Below are positions 20,691-30,508 of a DNA stretch of 51,456 nucleotides, one piece after another. The position numbers were made by a program, and so were the translations under genes. Position 1 is the stretch's first letter. Each line of letters begins with the position of its first letter. Source of the stretch: Pseudomonadota bacterium (GTDB lineage: Bacteria; Pseudomonadota; Gammaproteobacteria; Pseudomonadales; Pseudohongiellaceae). Below the pieces are notes generated by a model. The model saw only the letters and a list, made by a program, of their open reading frames with translations. It had not been told where the DNA came from and made no database searches. Location: assembly GCA_051747985.1 (NCBI GenBank), contig JBNJGU010000001.1, positions 1 through 51,456 on the forward strand. The letters run 5' to 3'.

Positions 20691-22049
20691 ATGCGATCAC
20701 TGATCATCCTGCACGGCTGGAGCGACGAGGACGTCTCGTTCCTGCCCCTGGCCAATGCCATCGAGCGCAGCACCGGCCGCGCGGCCGAGCACCTGTGGCT
20801 CGGTAACTATGTGTCCCTGGACGATGATGTGCAGATGAGCGACCTGGTGCACGGCATGACCCGGGCCTGGAAGGATGCCGGCCTGCCGGACAGGCCCGGT
20901 GCCACCGACGTCATCGTCCACTCCACCGGCGGACTGGTGATCCGTGACTGGATGGCCACCGAGTTCACCGAACAGGGCAGGAAGCCACCGGTACGCAACC
21001 TGGTCATGCTGGCCCCCGCCAACCAGGGCTCGCCGCTGGCGCACAAGGGCCGCGCCTTCTACGGCCGGGTCCTGAAAGGTTTCACTTCCCGCAAACGCTT
21101 CCAGACCGGGGCGCGGATCCTCAGGGCACTGGAGATGGCCAGTCCCTACAGTCATGAACTGGCGCGGCGTGATCGTTTCGGCACCAGCCCGTTCCGCCCA
21201 GGCGGCGTTCGCGCCACCGTGATCGTGGGCAACACCGGGTACACCGGCATCAGTTCCCTGGCCAACGAGGACGGCTCGGACGGTACCGTCTATGTCTGTA
21301 CTGCCCACCTGGACTGCGCCTGGTTGAGCGTGGACTTCCCGTCCCTGCCGGAGAAACCGCGTGCCAGTGCCGTCCATTCGGCAAAGGGTGAGACCGCTTT
21401 TCTGGTGGCTGATGGCCACAACCACTCCACCGTCGCCCTGAAAGATTCCGGACACTCGGGCAACGATGCCCTGCTCCAGCAGATCAACCGCGCCCTCGAA
21501 ATCCCCAACGCGAAGGAGTACCGGCGCTGGGTGGAGGACTGCCGCCGTGCAACCGCAAAGGTGATGCAGAAACACAACAAGGACCGTGACACCTACAGGC
21601 ACGGTTACCAGAATACCGTGATTCGCGTGCGCGACCACGCGGGTTTCGATGTGACGGACTATGTCGTGGAGTTCTATCGCGATGCCGCCTCGGGTGACCG
21701 CGACCGTTTCGCCACCGAGTTCAACCGCCGTGTGCTGACCAAGGTCCACGCCTACAAGGATAACAATGCCATCCGCAGTTTTCTGATCAACTGCACCGAA
21801 CTCCATCGTCTGCTGACCGAGGAGGGCCATGCACTGCGCATCAGCCTCTCGGCCCTGCCGGACTTCAATGACGAGAAGAACATGGTGGGCTACCGAAGCT
21901 TCGAGGATGAGGACATCGACTGCCTGCGCCTGGGCCCGAAGGAGCTCAAGGCGATGTTCGTGCCGAACCGCACGTTGTTCATTGATCTCACGCTGACGCG
22001 GGAGAGGAAGAGCGAGGTGTTTGCATTGAAGCGGGTGGATGGATATTGA
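20691..22049 (+). CDS. Alpha/beta-hydrolase (lipase/esterase class, PGAP1/DUF676-like) fused to a C-terminal domain of about 200 aa and unknown function
   Basis: Start at ATG 20691 after GGGAG. LIILHGW, the nucleophile elbow VHSTGG, EDGSDGTVY (Asp) and DGHNHST (His) give a complete Ser-Asp-His triad. I do not recognise the C-terminal half (from about ...EYRRWVEDCRR to the end). Confidence 0.6.
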   Translation: MRSLIILHGWSDEDVSFLPLANAIERSTGRAAEHLWLGNYVSLDDDVQMSDLVHGMTRAWKDAGLPDRPGATDVIVHSTGGLVIRDWMATEFTEQGRKPPVRNLVMLAPANQGSPLAHKGRAFYGRVLKGFTSRKRFQTGARILRALEMASPYSHELARRDRFGTSPFRPGGVRATVIVGNTGYTGISSLANEDGSDGTVYVCTAHLDCAWLSVDFPSLPEKPRASAVHSAKGETAFLVADGHNHSTVALKDSGHSGNDALLQQINRALEIPNAKEYRRWVEDCRRATAKVMQKHNKDRDTYRHGYQNTVIRVRDHAGFDVTDYVVEFYRDAASGDRDRFATEFNRRVLTKVHAYKDNNAIRSFLINCTELHRLLTEEGHALRISLSALPDFNDEKNMVGYRSFEDEDIDCLRLGPKELKAMFVPNRTLFIDLTLTRERKSEVFALKRVDGY

Positions 22050-22227
22050 AGTGGGGCAACTGGCAAGCGGAGTGCCAGGCAGGCTGAAAAATGGCTCTCT
22101 GGACAGTCTGCCGCACCTGGTGGCACACAATATCGATCTTACCCCGCGAATAGACACTGTAATACCCGGGGACTACGTGGAATCAAAGTGAGATCAGTAT
22201 GTTTGCGTTTTACCTGAATCGCTCCAT

Positions 22228-23088
22228 TTGGACGGTGGAGTAGTGGCTAACAATTGGAGCAGGCTGGAGGTCGAGGCGACTGTCGAAGATTACTTCGACA
22301 TGCTCCGCCTGGAGCTGACAAGGCGTCCTTGCAATAAAACCAAACACCGCCGCGCATTACGAGCCAGGTTGAACCAGCGATCGGATGGATCGGTTGAGTT
22401 GAAACACCAGAATATCAGCGCTGTGCTGATCAAGCTCGGCATACCTTACGTTCAAGGGTACAAGCCGCGGTTCAACTACCAACACCTGCTGTTGGAAGTG
22501 GTGGCCGATTATATTGCGGCCCACCCGGAGCTTCGTGATCTGTTCCGCGCAGATGCTGATTCAGTGCCTCCCGTGCCAACCGTTGAGGACTTCCTGGCAG
22601 CAATGGTGGAGCCGCCGCGAACCGAACCCCAAGCGCCACTCTCCATTGCAGAGCCCGCTGCCGTCTACGTACCAGGTGGCAAGGATTACCTGGAAATCGA
22701 GGCGCGAAATCAGTGGTTAGGTGATGCGGGAGAATGCTTCATCATCAATTTCGAGCGCGCCAGATTGATCCATGCAGGACAGGATGCTCTGGCTGACCGC
22801 ATCGAACAGGTTTCCGTGACAGAGGGACCTGCGGCCGGGTTTGATATCCGGTCCTTCGAGGAGGATGGCTCTGATCGTTTCATTGAAGCCAAGACAACCA
22901 AGTACGGAAAGCATACACCATTTTTCGTCACGCCGAATGAGCTGCGATTTTCAGAGCGTCACGCTAGACGGTACTATCTGTATAGGCTCTTCAGCTTTCG
23001 TGCTGATCCGCGGTTGTTTGCGTTACAGGGCGAGCTGCAAACGAATTTCCAGCTGACACCGTCGGAGTACGTGGCCAAGTTTCAGTGA
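22228..23088 (+). CDS. DUF3883-type (PD-(D/E)xK-like nuclease fold) domain protein with a conserved N-terminal helical head
   Basis: The C-terminus GDAGECFIINFERARL...GFDIRSFEEDGSDRFIEAKTT...FFVTPNELRFS...YYLYRLF matches the DUF3883 pattern (E/D...D...E-x-K). The N-terminus (WSRLEVEATVEDYFDML...RSDGSVELKHQNISAVL...GYKPRFNYQ) is a recurrent head domain in such proteins. The start is uncertain: TTG 22228 or GTG 22243, with no ATG available. Composition is visibly more AT-rich than the neighbouring genes. Confidence 0.6.
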   Translation: MDGGVVANNWSRLEVEATVEDYFDMLRLELTRRPCNKTKHRRALRARLNQRSDGSVELKHQNISAVLIKLGIPYVQGYKPRFNYQHLLLEVVADYIAAHPELRDLFRADADSVPPVPTVEDFLAAMVEPPRTEPQAPLSIAEPAAVYVPGGKDYLEIEARNQWLGDAGECFIINFERARLIHAGQDALADRIEQVSVTEGPAAGFDIRSFEEDGSDRFIEAKTTKYGKHTPFFVTPNELRFSERHARRYYLYRLFSFRADPRLFALQGELQTNFQLTPSEYVAKFQ

Positions 23089-23110
23089 CTGGCGGTACCG
23101 ATGGCGGAAC

Positions 23111-23401
23111 TCATCCTGACACGGCATCCATGCGCAGCTTTTCCGCCTGATTGATCCAGACCAGCTCGACGCTGTCATCGTTTTTATGGACCACCATCGC
23201 CGTCAGTTGCTGGTTGGAAAACGTGTCGTGTGCGATGAATTCCACCGACGCGGTGACCACGCCGTGGACAGGAAGCCTGTCGATCGGGCCGGTGATCACC
23301 ATGCCTTCCACGTCAATGGTGGTGGCCCGGTACCAGCCCAGAGGGTGTGTTCCCTGCCACAGTGAGACAGGCAGTCCAGGTATAGCGCGTTCGTTGTTCA
23401 T
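23111..23401 (-). CDS. Small PilZ-like domain protein (degenerate c-di-GMP motifs)
   Basis: 96 aa from ATG 23401, preceded by GGAGGAGG. The TIDVEGMVITG block resembles the PilZ DxSxxG region, but the RxxxR motif is absent. This is a weak call. Confidence 0.35.
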   Translation of the reverse strand: MNNERAIPGLPVSLWQGTHPLGWYRATTIDVEGMVITGPIDRLPVHGVVTASVEFIAHDTFSNQQLTAMVVHKNDDSVELVWINQAEKLRMDAVSG

Positions 23402-23669
23402 TGTGCGCGCCTCCTCCACACTGTGCGCAAGTACCAACCTGCTGCACAGTTGGGAAATTGATCGTCAGGACAGGAGATCATAAGGCGATACCCGGAAGAT
23501 GTATGTGCGATACCGAGCAAACCAACATTCCGTCTTGACGCAGGCCATGGAGGCAGCCGGGGCCGAGCGCTACCGCCTCCGGAATATTGGACTTCCTTTC
23601 CGGTGCACTTTAGTCTAATGAATCTGATAGTGTTCCATACCAACCTGAAGTTCCAGAGAGGTGCGTGTC

Positions 23670-26315
23670 ATGATCCGTCTGCTGTCCTGTCTTGTCCTGT
23701 TACTGACATGGAGCCTTTCATCCAACACACTGGCCCAGAACCCCGGCGACGCCCGGGCCACCATGGATTACTATCTGCCGGCCGATGTCGACTACGACCC
23801 GTCGATCCCCACGCCGGAAGAGATTCTGGGCCGTGTGCCGGGCGACTGGCATGTGCGCCACGACCAGCTGGTGCATTACATGCGGACCATGGCCGAAGCG
23901 TCGGATCGCATCAGTATCGAGACCTTCGGTTACACGCATGAGCAGCGCCCACTGCTGCGACTCACCATCACCTCGCCGGACAACCACCGGAACCTGGAGA
24001 CGCTGCGCCAGCAGCATGTGGCCCTGAGCGATCCGGCCCGTTCCGGCGACCTGAACCCGGCGGACATGCCGGTGGTGCTCTACCAGGGCTACAGCATCCA
24101 CGGCAATGAACCCAGCGGCGCCAATGCCTCGCTGCTCTATGTCTACCACCTGGCCGCGGCCCGGGGTACGGAGATTGAGGCGGCACTGGACAACGCCATC
24201 ATCCATGTGGATCCCAGTTTCAATCCGGACGGCCTGAATCGCTTCGCGCACTGGGTGACCACGCGTCGCGCCGAGCATCTTTCCAGTGATCCGGCCAACA
24301 TGGAGCAGAACGAGGCCTGGCCCGGTGGTCGCACCAACCACTACTGGTTCGACCTGAACCGTGACTGGTTGCCGGCGCAGCATCCGGAAAGTCAGGCTCG
24401 GCTGGACAACTTCCATCTATGGAAACCCAATGTGCTGACCGACCACCATGAGATGGGTTCGGATGCCACGTTCTTTTTCCAGCCCGGTATCCCCGAGCGC
24501 ACACATCCGCTGACTCCACGGAGCAACCAAGCGCTGACCGACGACCTGGCGCAGTTCCATGCCCGCCTGCTGGACGAGGACCAGCGCCTGTATTACAGCC
24601 GGGAGAGCTTCGACGACTTCTACTACGGCAAGGGGTCGACCTATCCCGACATCAACGGCAGTATCGGCATCCTGTTCGAGCAGGCCAGCTCGCGTGGCCA
24701 TGCCCGGGAGACCATGCACGGAGAACTGCGCTTCCCGTTCACCATCAAGAATCAGTTCCTGGCCTCGCTGTCGACGCTGGAGGGTGCATTGGCGCACCGC
24801 GTCGAGCTGCTGGAACACCAGCGTGATTTCTATCGTGAAGCCCGGGATATGGCCCGCGAATCAGCAATCCGCGGCTGGGTGTTCGGATCGGATGCCGACC
24901 GTGGCAGTGCTTTCCGCCTGGCCGAGATATTGAGACGACACCGCATCGAGGTGCACGAACTGGCCAGAAATCTCGAGGCCGATGGCCATGCCTTCGAGGC
25001 GGGGCGCGCCTATGTGGTGCCCGCGGACCAGGACCAGTTCCGGCTGATCGAGGCGGTGTTCGAACGCCGCACCGAATTCCCCGATACGCTGTTCTATGAC
25101 ATCTCCACCTGGACCCTGCCATTGGCTTTTGATACGCCGTTCGCGGAACTGGGCAGCCGGCGGTTCAGTGACGATCTGCTGGGCCCGCCGGTGGGCCTCG
25201 ATGATTTCCCGGCCGGTTCCGTGGTGGGCGGCGACAGCGGCTACGCCTATCTGTTCGAGTGGGACGAGTTCCATGCACCTCGCGCCCTGTACAGGCTGCT
25301 CGATGCCGGGGTACGCGCCACGGTTGCCACCGAGCCGTTCACGGCCATGACCGGGGACGGGCCCCGTGAGTTCGACTACGGCACGGTGCTGGTGGCCATG
25401 GGGCCGCAGGACACCGACGCGCAGACCATCCACCAGCTGATCCGGCAGGCGGCGGAGGAGGACGCGCTGACCGTCTACTCCGTGGAAACCGGTCTGACAC
25501 CGGAGGGTATCGACCTCGGCAGCCGGCAATTTGCCGAATTGCGCACACCCCGTGTGGCGGTGGTGACCGGGAGTGGCACCAGCGCCTATGAAACCGGGGA
25601 AATCTGGCATACCTTCGATCAGAAATTCGCCATGCCGGTGACGCTGATCGAGCGTGACCGTCTCAACGGGGTGGATCTGGACGAATACAATGTGCTGGTC
25701 ATGGCCAGCGGTGACTATGGGCCGGTGGACGCGGACCGTATCCGCACCTGGGTCGAGCAGGGAGGCACGCTGATCGCCTACAAATCAGCACTGGACTGGG
25801 TGGAGGCCGAGGAAATCGCCAACATCGAGCTGATCACCGAAGACGGAGATGGCGAGGGTGATGAAGAGAGTGGCGAAGAGCGCGAGGAACAGAAGGAGGA
25901 AGCCGGCGACGACCCGAAAACCTATGCGGACTTGACCCGCGACCGGGGAGAACAGCTGATTGGCGGCAGCATCTTCCTCGCCAACCTCGACCTCAGCCAT
26001 CCCCTTGGCTACGGCTACAATAGACCGGTGCTGCCGGTGTTCCGTGACAGCACGCGTTTCATGGCGCGGGCAGAGAACCAGTATGCCACGCCGCTGAACT
26101 ACACCGACGCTCCACTGGCCAGCGGTTATGTCTCCGACGAGAACCTGGAGAAACTCGCCGGTACCGCCGCCATCGTGGTCGGCGGTCAGGGCGACGGACG
26201 GGTGATCGCCATGACCGACAACCCGAATTTCCGGGCATTCTGGTATGGCACCACACGGCTGTTCATGAATGCCGTGTTCTTTGGCCACACCATCGACGAC
26301 GGGGCCGTCAACTGA
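23670..26315 (+). CDS. Secreted M14-family zinc carboxypeptidase with a large C-terminal extension
   Basis: Signal peptide (MIRLLSCLVLLLTWSLSSNTLAQ). M14 zinc motif YSIHGNEPSG (HxxE) and downstream TDHHEMG. The C-terminal half includes an acidic low-complexity insert. Confidence 0.85.
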   Translation: MIRLLSCLVLLLTWSLSSNTLAQNPGDARATMDYYLPADVDYDPSIPTPEEILGRVPGDWHVRHDQLVHYMRTMAEASDRISIETFGYTHEQRPLLRLTITSPDNHRNLETLRQQHVALSDPARSGDLNPADMPVVLYQGYSIHGNEPSGANASLLYVYHLAAARGTEIEAALDNAIIHVDPSFNPDGLNRFAHWVTTRRAEHLSSDPANMEQNEAWPGGRTNHYWFDLNRDWLPAQHPESQARLDNFHLWKPNVLTDHHEMGSDATFFFQPGIPERTHPLTPRSNQALTDDLAQFHARLLDEDQRLYYSRESFDDFYYGKGSTYPDINGSIGILFEQASSRGHARETMHGELRFPFTIKNQFLASLSTLEGALAHRVELLEHQRDFYREARDMARESAIRGWVFGSDADRGSAFRLAEILRRHRIEVHELARNLEADGHAFEAGRAYVVPADQDQFRLIEAVFERRTEFPDTLFYDISTWTLPLAFDTPFAELGSRRFSDDLLGPPVGLDDFPAGSVVGGDSGYAYLFEWDEFHAPRALYRLLDAGVRATVATEPFTAMTGDGPREFDYGTVLVAMGPQDTDAQTIHQLIRQAAEEDALTVYSVETGLTPEGIDLGSRQFAELRTPRVAVVTGSGTSAYETGEIWHTFDQKFAMPVTLIERDRLNGVDLDEYNVLVMASGDYGPVDADRIRTWVEQGGTLIAYKSALDWVEAEEIANIELITEDGDGEGDEESGEEREEQKEEAGDDPKTYADLTRDRGEQLIGGSIFLANLDLSHPLGYGYNRPVLPVFRDSTRFMARAENQYATPLNYTDAPLASGYVSDENLEKLAGTAAIVVGGQGDGRVIAMTDNPNFRAFWYGTTRLFMNAVFFGHTIDDGAVN

Positions 26316-26333
26316 GGCGGTCCGAAGACCGTT

Positions 26334-27167
26334 TCAGTCGGCGGGGTACGACTTCGCCACGATGTTGAAAAAATCGACGATGCGGCGCATGTTCTCTGGT
26401 GTCTGTGAGACCACCAGGGAATGGTCCCCGCCGGCCACTTCGATGTACAGATGTGCCATCCCCAGCGCCTGCATCTCCTCAACCCAGCGCCGCGTCCGTT
26501 CCACCGGGACCACCTCGTCCTCATCCCCGTGAATCACCAGGATGGGCACCTGGCGGATCGCTTCCAGCATGCCCGGATCGAGATCGGCCCGCGGGGCCGG
26601 CGCGGCCACCGCCAGTCCGGCAAACAGATCGGGATTGCGGGTGGCGATATGATAGGTGCCGGCACCGCCCATGGAATGACCCCACAGGTAGATCCGTCCG
26701 GGGTCGACATTGTATTCATCGCGGACCCGGCTCAGCACGTTCATCACGTCCTCTTCGCTGCGTTCGCCGTCGGCGGGAGCCTCCGTTGTGCGCGAGCCGT
26801 ACCAGCCGCGACGGATGTAGCCCAGCGGTGTCACGACGATATGACCGCCAGCCTCCGCCTGATCGAGAAAGCCTTCATAACCCATCAGCCAGTCGTAGGT
26901 CCGGCCCAGGCCATGCAGGGAGACGATCAGCGGCGCCGGCGCTTCGGGGTCGTAGCTCTCCGGGACAAACAGGGCGTAGGGAATCCGTTCCCCCGTGGCA
27001 GGGAACGTGTAGCTGCGGTGCTGCACCCGGGGATCGTCGATCAGGCTTTCGTCATCACTGGGCTGGCGGTCTGCCAGCGCAGCGCCTGTGCAGCTCATCA
27101 GTAGCAGAAGCCAGAGTGCCCGGAATTGGCGGCCAGTGTGCGCGGTATGCGGGAGGTTCATGGTCAT
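26334..27167 (-). CDS. Secreted alpha/beta-hydrolase (esterase / S9-like peptidase family)
   Basis: Signal peptide, nucleophile elbow WGHSMGG, and a late IHGDEDEVVP...GGDHS block (Asp/His). Confidence 0.8.
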   Translation of the reverse strand: MTMNLPHTAHTGRQFRALWLLLLMSCTGAALADRQPSDDESLIDDPRVQHRSYTFPATGERIPYALFVPESYDPEAPAPLIVSLHGLGRTYDWLMGYEGFLDQAEAGGHIVVTPLGYIRRGWYGSRTTEAPADGERSEEDVMNVLSRVRDEYNVDPGRIYLWGHSMGGAGTYHIATRNPDLFAGLAVAAPAPRADLDPGMLEAIRQVPILVIHGDEDEVVPVERTRRWVEEMQALGMAHLYIEVAGGDHSLVVSQTPENMRRIVDFFNIVAKSYPAD

Positions 27168-27280
27168 TCACCTTTCGATGGACAGGATGATACGGCTGTA
27201 TCAGTGATGACGGCCCATGGAGCTGTGGCATACTGGTACAGCCTGTCCAGATTGTACCGCAAGCCACCGGGGGAATACTC

Positions 27281-28711
27281 ATGAGTGATGAAGAATGTTC
27301 AGTTCGACAGCCGGCCCGGCTACAGGCCGCCTTGCGCCTGCTGTCCCTTATGGGCATCGCCCTGCTCGTATCCTGTTCGGAACCGCCGCCCGCCACCGGT
27401 ACCGCCATCGAGAACGTCACGGTCATCGATGCCGTGAACAGGATTCGCGAAAACCGGACCGTGGTTTTTGACGGGGATGAAATTCTCGCCGTGCAGCCGG
27501 CGGGTGAGGAAGTCAGCGCCGCTGAGACCATTGACGGTACCGGCAGATACCTGATTCCCGGTCTCTGGGATTTTCATGTCCACCTGAGTTACGACGACCG
27601 TCTCACCGCGGCCATGCCGGAGTTGTTCCTGTCCTGGGGCATCACCAGTGTACGTGATACTGGAGGACTATTGGACCGGGTGCTGCCCGTGGTGGAAGAG
27701 ATGGAAGCCCCCGGATCGGTGGCGCCGCGCGTCTTTTTTGCCGGACCCCTGCTCGACGGGGAGTTTGTCGTTTACGACGGAGAGGGGCGTCCGGAAATCG
27801 GGGTGTCGGTGCCCACGCCGGAAGCCGCCGAGCGCACGGTGAACGAGCTGCATGCCGCCGGCGCGGACTTCATCAAGATCTACGAAATGGTCAGCCCGGA
27901 GGTCTTCGAGGCGCTGGTGGCCGCCGCGGAACAGCGTGGACTGCCGATCGACTCTCACGTACCGCTGGCGCTGCGCGCACGCAATGCCGGACCGCTGGTG
28001 GATTCCATCGAGCATCTGCGCAATATTGAACTCGACTGCGCTGCCGATGCCGCGGCGTTACATCAGACACGCCTGCGCCGTCTGCAGAATCCGGAGAGCC
28101 TATCCGGCGCCGAACTGCGGGCTTCACTTCACTCGCTGCAACGCATTCCCGCCATCGAGAATTATGATCAGGCCGAATGCGACCGGGTCATCGCGGCCAT
28201 GGAGTCCACGGTCATGGTCCCCACCCTGCGACTGAATTCGTTCGCCCTGGCTCCGCCGTATGGGCGTGCAGACTGGGAGGAGGCGTTGTCTCGGCTGCCG
28301 GCCGACGTCGCGGCGGACTGGCGAGAGCAGAGTGCCAGCCGTGCATCGCAGTCGGGCGGTGATACCCGGTTTGCGGAGTGGAGTGTGTTTCTTACCGACC
28401 GCATGCATCAGGCGGGTGTTGCAGTAGGCGCGGGGACGGACACGCCGATTTCGCTGTCCATTCCCGGCTACAGCCTGCACTCGGAGCTGCAGATGCTGGT
28501 CCGCGCCGGACTGTCGCCGCTGGAAGCCATCGAGGCGGCCACCCTGGAGCCGGCGCGCTATTTCTCGCTGGAAAATGAAATGGGTTCGATCGGGGTCGGC
28601 ATGAAGGCGGACATGGTCCTGCTCGACGCGGATCCTCTGGCGGATATCAGTAACACAAAGCGTATTACACGCGTAATCAGCCAGGGGCGTCAGATCGTGC
28701 CCGGGGAGTAG
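27281..28711 (+). CDS. Secreted amidohydrolase-superfamily metallohydrolase (all metal ligands present)
   Basis: N-terminal hydrophobic signal/lipoprotein-like region (LLSLMGIALLVSC). HxH in GLWDFHVHL, FIKIYE (Lys), IDSHVP and SIEHLRN (His), GAGTDTP (Asp). Confidence 0.85.
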   Translation: MSDEECSVRQPARLQAALRLLSLMGIALLVSCSEPPPATGTAIENVTVIDAVNRIRENRTVVFDGDEILAVQPAGEEVSAAETIDGTGRYLIPGLWDFHVHLSYDDRLTAAMPELFLSWGITSVRDTGGLLDRVLPVVEEMEAPGSVAPRVFFAGPLLDGEFVVYDGEGRPEIGVSVPTPEAAERTVNELHAAGADFIKIYEMVSPEVFEALVAAAEQRGLPIDSHVPLALRARNAGPLVDSIEHLRNIELDCAADAAALHQTRLRRLQNPESLSGAELRASLHSLQRIPAIENYDQAECDRVIAAMESTVMVPTLRLNSFALAPPYGRADWEEALSRLPADVAADWREQSASRASQSGGDTRFAEWSVFLTDRMHQAGVAVGAGTDTPISLSIPGYSLHSELQMLVRAGLSPLEAIEAATLEPARYFSLENEMGSIGVGMKADMVLLDADPLADISNTKRITRVISQGRQIVPGE

Positions 28712-28769
28712 CCACCCGGGCTGATCCGCATGGCCCCACCACAACCAGTGGTCACCCCCGGGCGTCGTC

Positions 28770-29216
28770 TCAGCTCTCCCGGGAATCAGTGGCCGGGTCA
28801 AGGCGCAGGAACCGGCGGGGCGGAAAGCCGGTGCGGAAGCGGAACCCGAGGCTCACGTCATACTCCTCGCGCAGCATTTCTTCTTCCTCGCCTTCCAGCG
28901 GTACGGCAACATAGGGCTCGAATTCATCCCCCATGTTCACCTCCACCCGCGGATTCTCCAGCGCCTCACGATACCAGGCGCGGGGCCAGTGGTTGGCGGC
29001 CACATAAGCGTTGCCGTCGATTTCCTCCAGTCGCACGACCCGTTCATGGCGACTGCCCTCGTCATCGAAGGTGGCAATGACGATGGTGGACTGGTTTTCC
29101 GGCTGGTTCATGCCAAGTCGTATCTCGAAAAGCGCGACCCGGCCCACATACAGAACCAGTAACACGGCGACAATGATGCCGCCCCATTTGCCGATCTTCT
29201 TCCTGTTCATTTCCAT
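28770..29216 (-). CDS. Membrane-anchored DUF385 / deazaflavin-dependent-nitroreductase-fold-like protein
   Basis: N-terminal TM (WGGIIVAVLLVLYVG), then a pattern resembling the PF04075 family (DDEGSRHERVV...DGNAYVAANHWPRAWYREALENPRVEV...VAVPLEGEE). Recognised by pattern only. Confidence 0.4.
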   Translation of the reverse strand: MEMNRKKIGKWGGIIVAVLLVLYVGRVALFEIRLGMNQPENQSTIVIATFDDEGSRHERVVRLEEIDGNAYVAANHWPRAWYREALENPRVEVNMGDEFEPYVAVPLEGEEEEMLREEYDVSLGFRFRTGFPPRRFLRLDPATDSRES

Positions 29217-29275
29217 GGTTGCAGTACTCCTGTTTGGAGAATCGGTTCAAGAATACCAGCATCCGGGCGCCGTGG

Positions 29276-30508
29276 TCAGCGCACGGTCTCGCTGACCACC
29301 TCGCCTTCGATGACCACGCCGACCACGTGGCTTGTGTACTCGAAAGGATCGCCGTCGAACAGGGCGACGTCGCCGTCCTTGCCGACTTCCAGAGAGCCGA
29401 CGCGTTCATCGATGCCGAGGATGCGCGCCGGACCCATGGTGACGAGCTCCAGCGCCTGCTCCGGTGACAGGCCATAGCCGAGGCCGAGCGCCGCTTCGAA
29501 CAACACCACCCGGGTCTTCGGTACATAGCCCTCATAGCCGGATTGCAGCGAGGTTGGCACACCGGCTTCAAGCAGCTCCACCGGCGTCGTGAAGGATACA
29601 TTCTGACGTTCCCCGTGGACGCTGCCACGGACCATGAACGGGTGGATGATCACCGGCACGTCTGCCGCGACGATCTCGTCAAGCACAAGCGTCGCGTCCG
29701 CGGCGCCCGAGAGCAGCAGCCGGAAGCCGAACTCCTCTGCCAGGCGCAGGGCCGTGATGATGTCCTGATGCCGGTTGGCCTCGACCATCAGCGGCACTTC
29801 GCCACGGAGTACGGCGGCGAGGGATTCCAGTGCCAGGTTGCGAGCCGGCGGCTCTTCGGCGTCCTGTTTGGCGAGGTACTCCTGTGCCTCGATCAGTTTT
29901 GCCCGCAGCATGGCCACCGCCTTGGCACGCGTTCCGGGGGAATTGCGGGGTTCGCCGTCGACAAGCGCGCCATCACCCAGCGTTGCCGCCACGGCGGCGA
30001 AGGGAACGAAGACGGCGTTGTCGACCGTCTCGCCACGGGTCTTGGCGATCAGCGTCTGTCCGGAGATCACCTCACCCGGTCCGTGACCGGTGTGCACGGT
30101 GGTGACGCCATGCTGGCGCAGCCATTCGACGAGCGTCTCGCGCGGGTTATAGGCGTCGATGGCGCGCAGCTCCGGCTGAATGGCCGCGGAGCGCTCCAGC
30201 TGGTCCTGGTCGTTGGTCTGATTGAGGGCGCCGGCGAGGCCGACAACACTGCGGCCGTCGACCAGGCCCGGGGTTGCCACGGCGGCGTGGCGCACGGGGA
30301 TGCCGTCCGGTATGCGTACGCTTCCGGCGGGACCGACGGCGCTGATGCGGCCGTCCTCGATCACGACGACGCCGTCGACCAGAGTTTCGCCGGTGCCGGT
30401 CATCAGCTGGTCGGCACGTATGACCAGGTCGCCAGCGGCGAGGGCGAACGCGGGTGCGGCCATGAGGAACGCCAGCAGGGCGCGTGTGAGCATTCGAAGC
30501 CGATTCAT
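29276..30508 (-). CDS. Amidohydrolase-fold protein with degenerate active site (probable non-catalytic paralog)
   Basis: Signal peptide. Clearly homologous to the upstream gene over its full length, but HxH is replaced (VDGRSVVG versus VDTHSHIG), LHH by LSG, and FHTDD by LQSGY. Its ATG overlaps the stop of the upstream paralog (ATGA at 30505-30508). Confidence 0.8.
   Translation of the reverse strand: MNRLRMLTRALLAFLMAAPAFALAAGDLVIRADQLMTGTGETLVDGVVVIEDGRISAVGPAGSVRIPDGIPVRHAAVATPGLVDGRSVVGLAGALNQTNDQDQLERSAAIQPELRAIDAYNPRETLVEWLRQHGVTTVHTGHGPGEVISGQTLIAKTRGETVDNAVFVPFAAVAATLGDGALVDGEPRNSPGTRAKAVAMLRAKLIEAQEYLAKQDAEEPPARNLALESLAAVLRGEVPLMVEANRHQDIITALRLAEEFGFRLLLSGAADATLVLDEIVAADVPVIIHPFMVRGSVHGERQNVSFTTPVELLEAGVPTSLQSGYEGYVPKTRVVLFEAALGLGYGLSPEQALELVTMGPARILGIDERVGSLEVGKDGDVALFDGDPFEYTSHVVGVVIEGEVVSETVR

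Noticed and set aside
25838-25915. A repeat-like acidic stretch (EDGDGEGDEESGEEREEQKEEAGDD) inside the M14 peptidase gene.
   Set aside because: This is in-frame low-complexity coding sequence, a GAn-rich linker, not a tandem DNA repeat or an insertion. It is unremarkable for a linker between domains.
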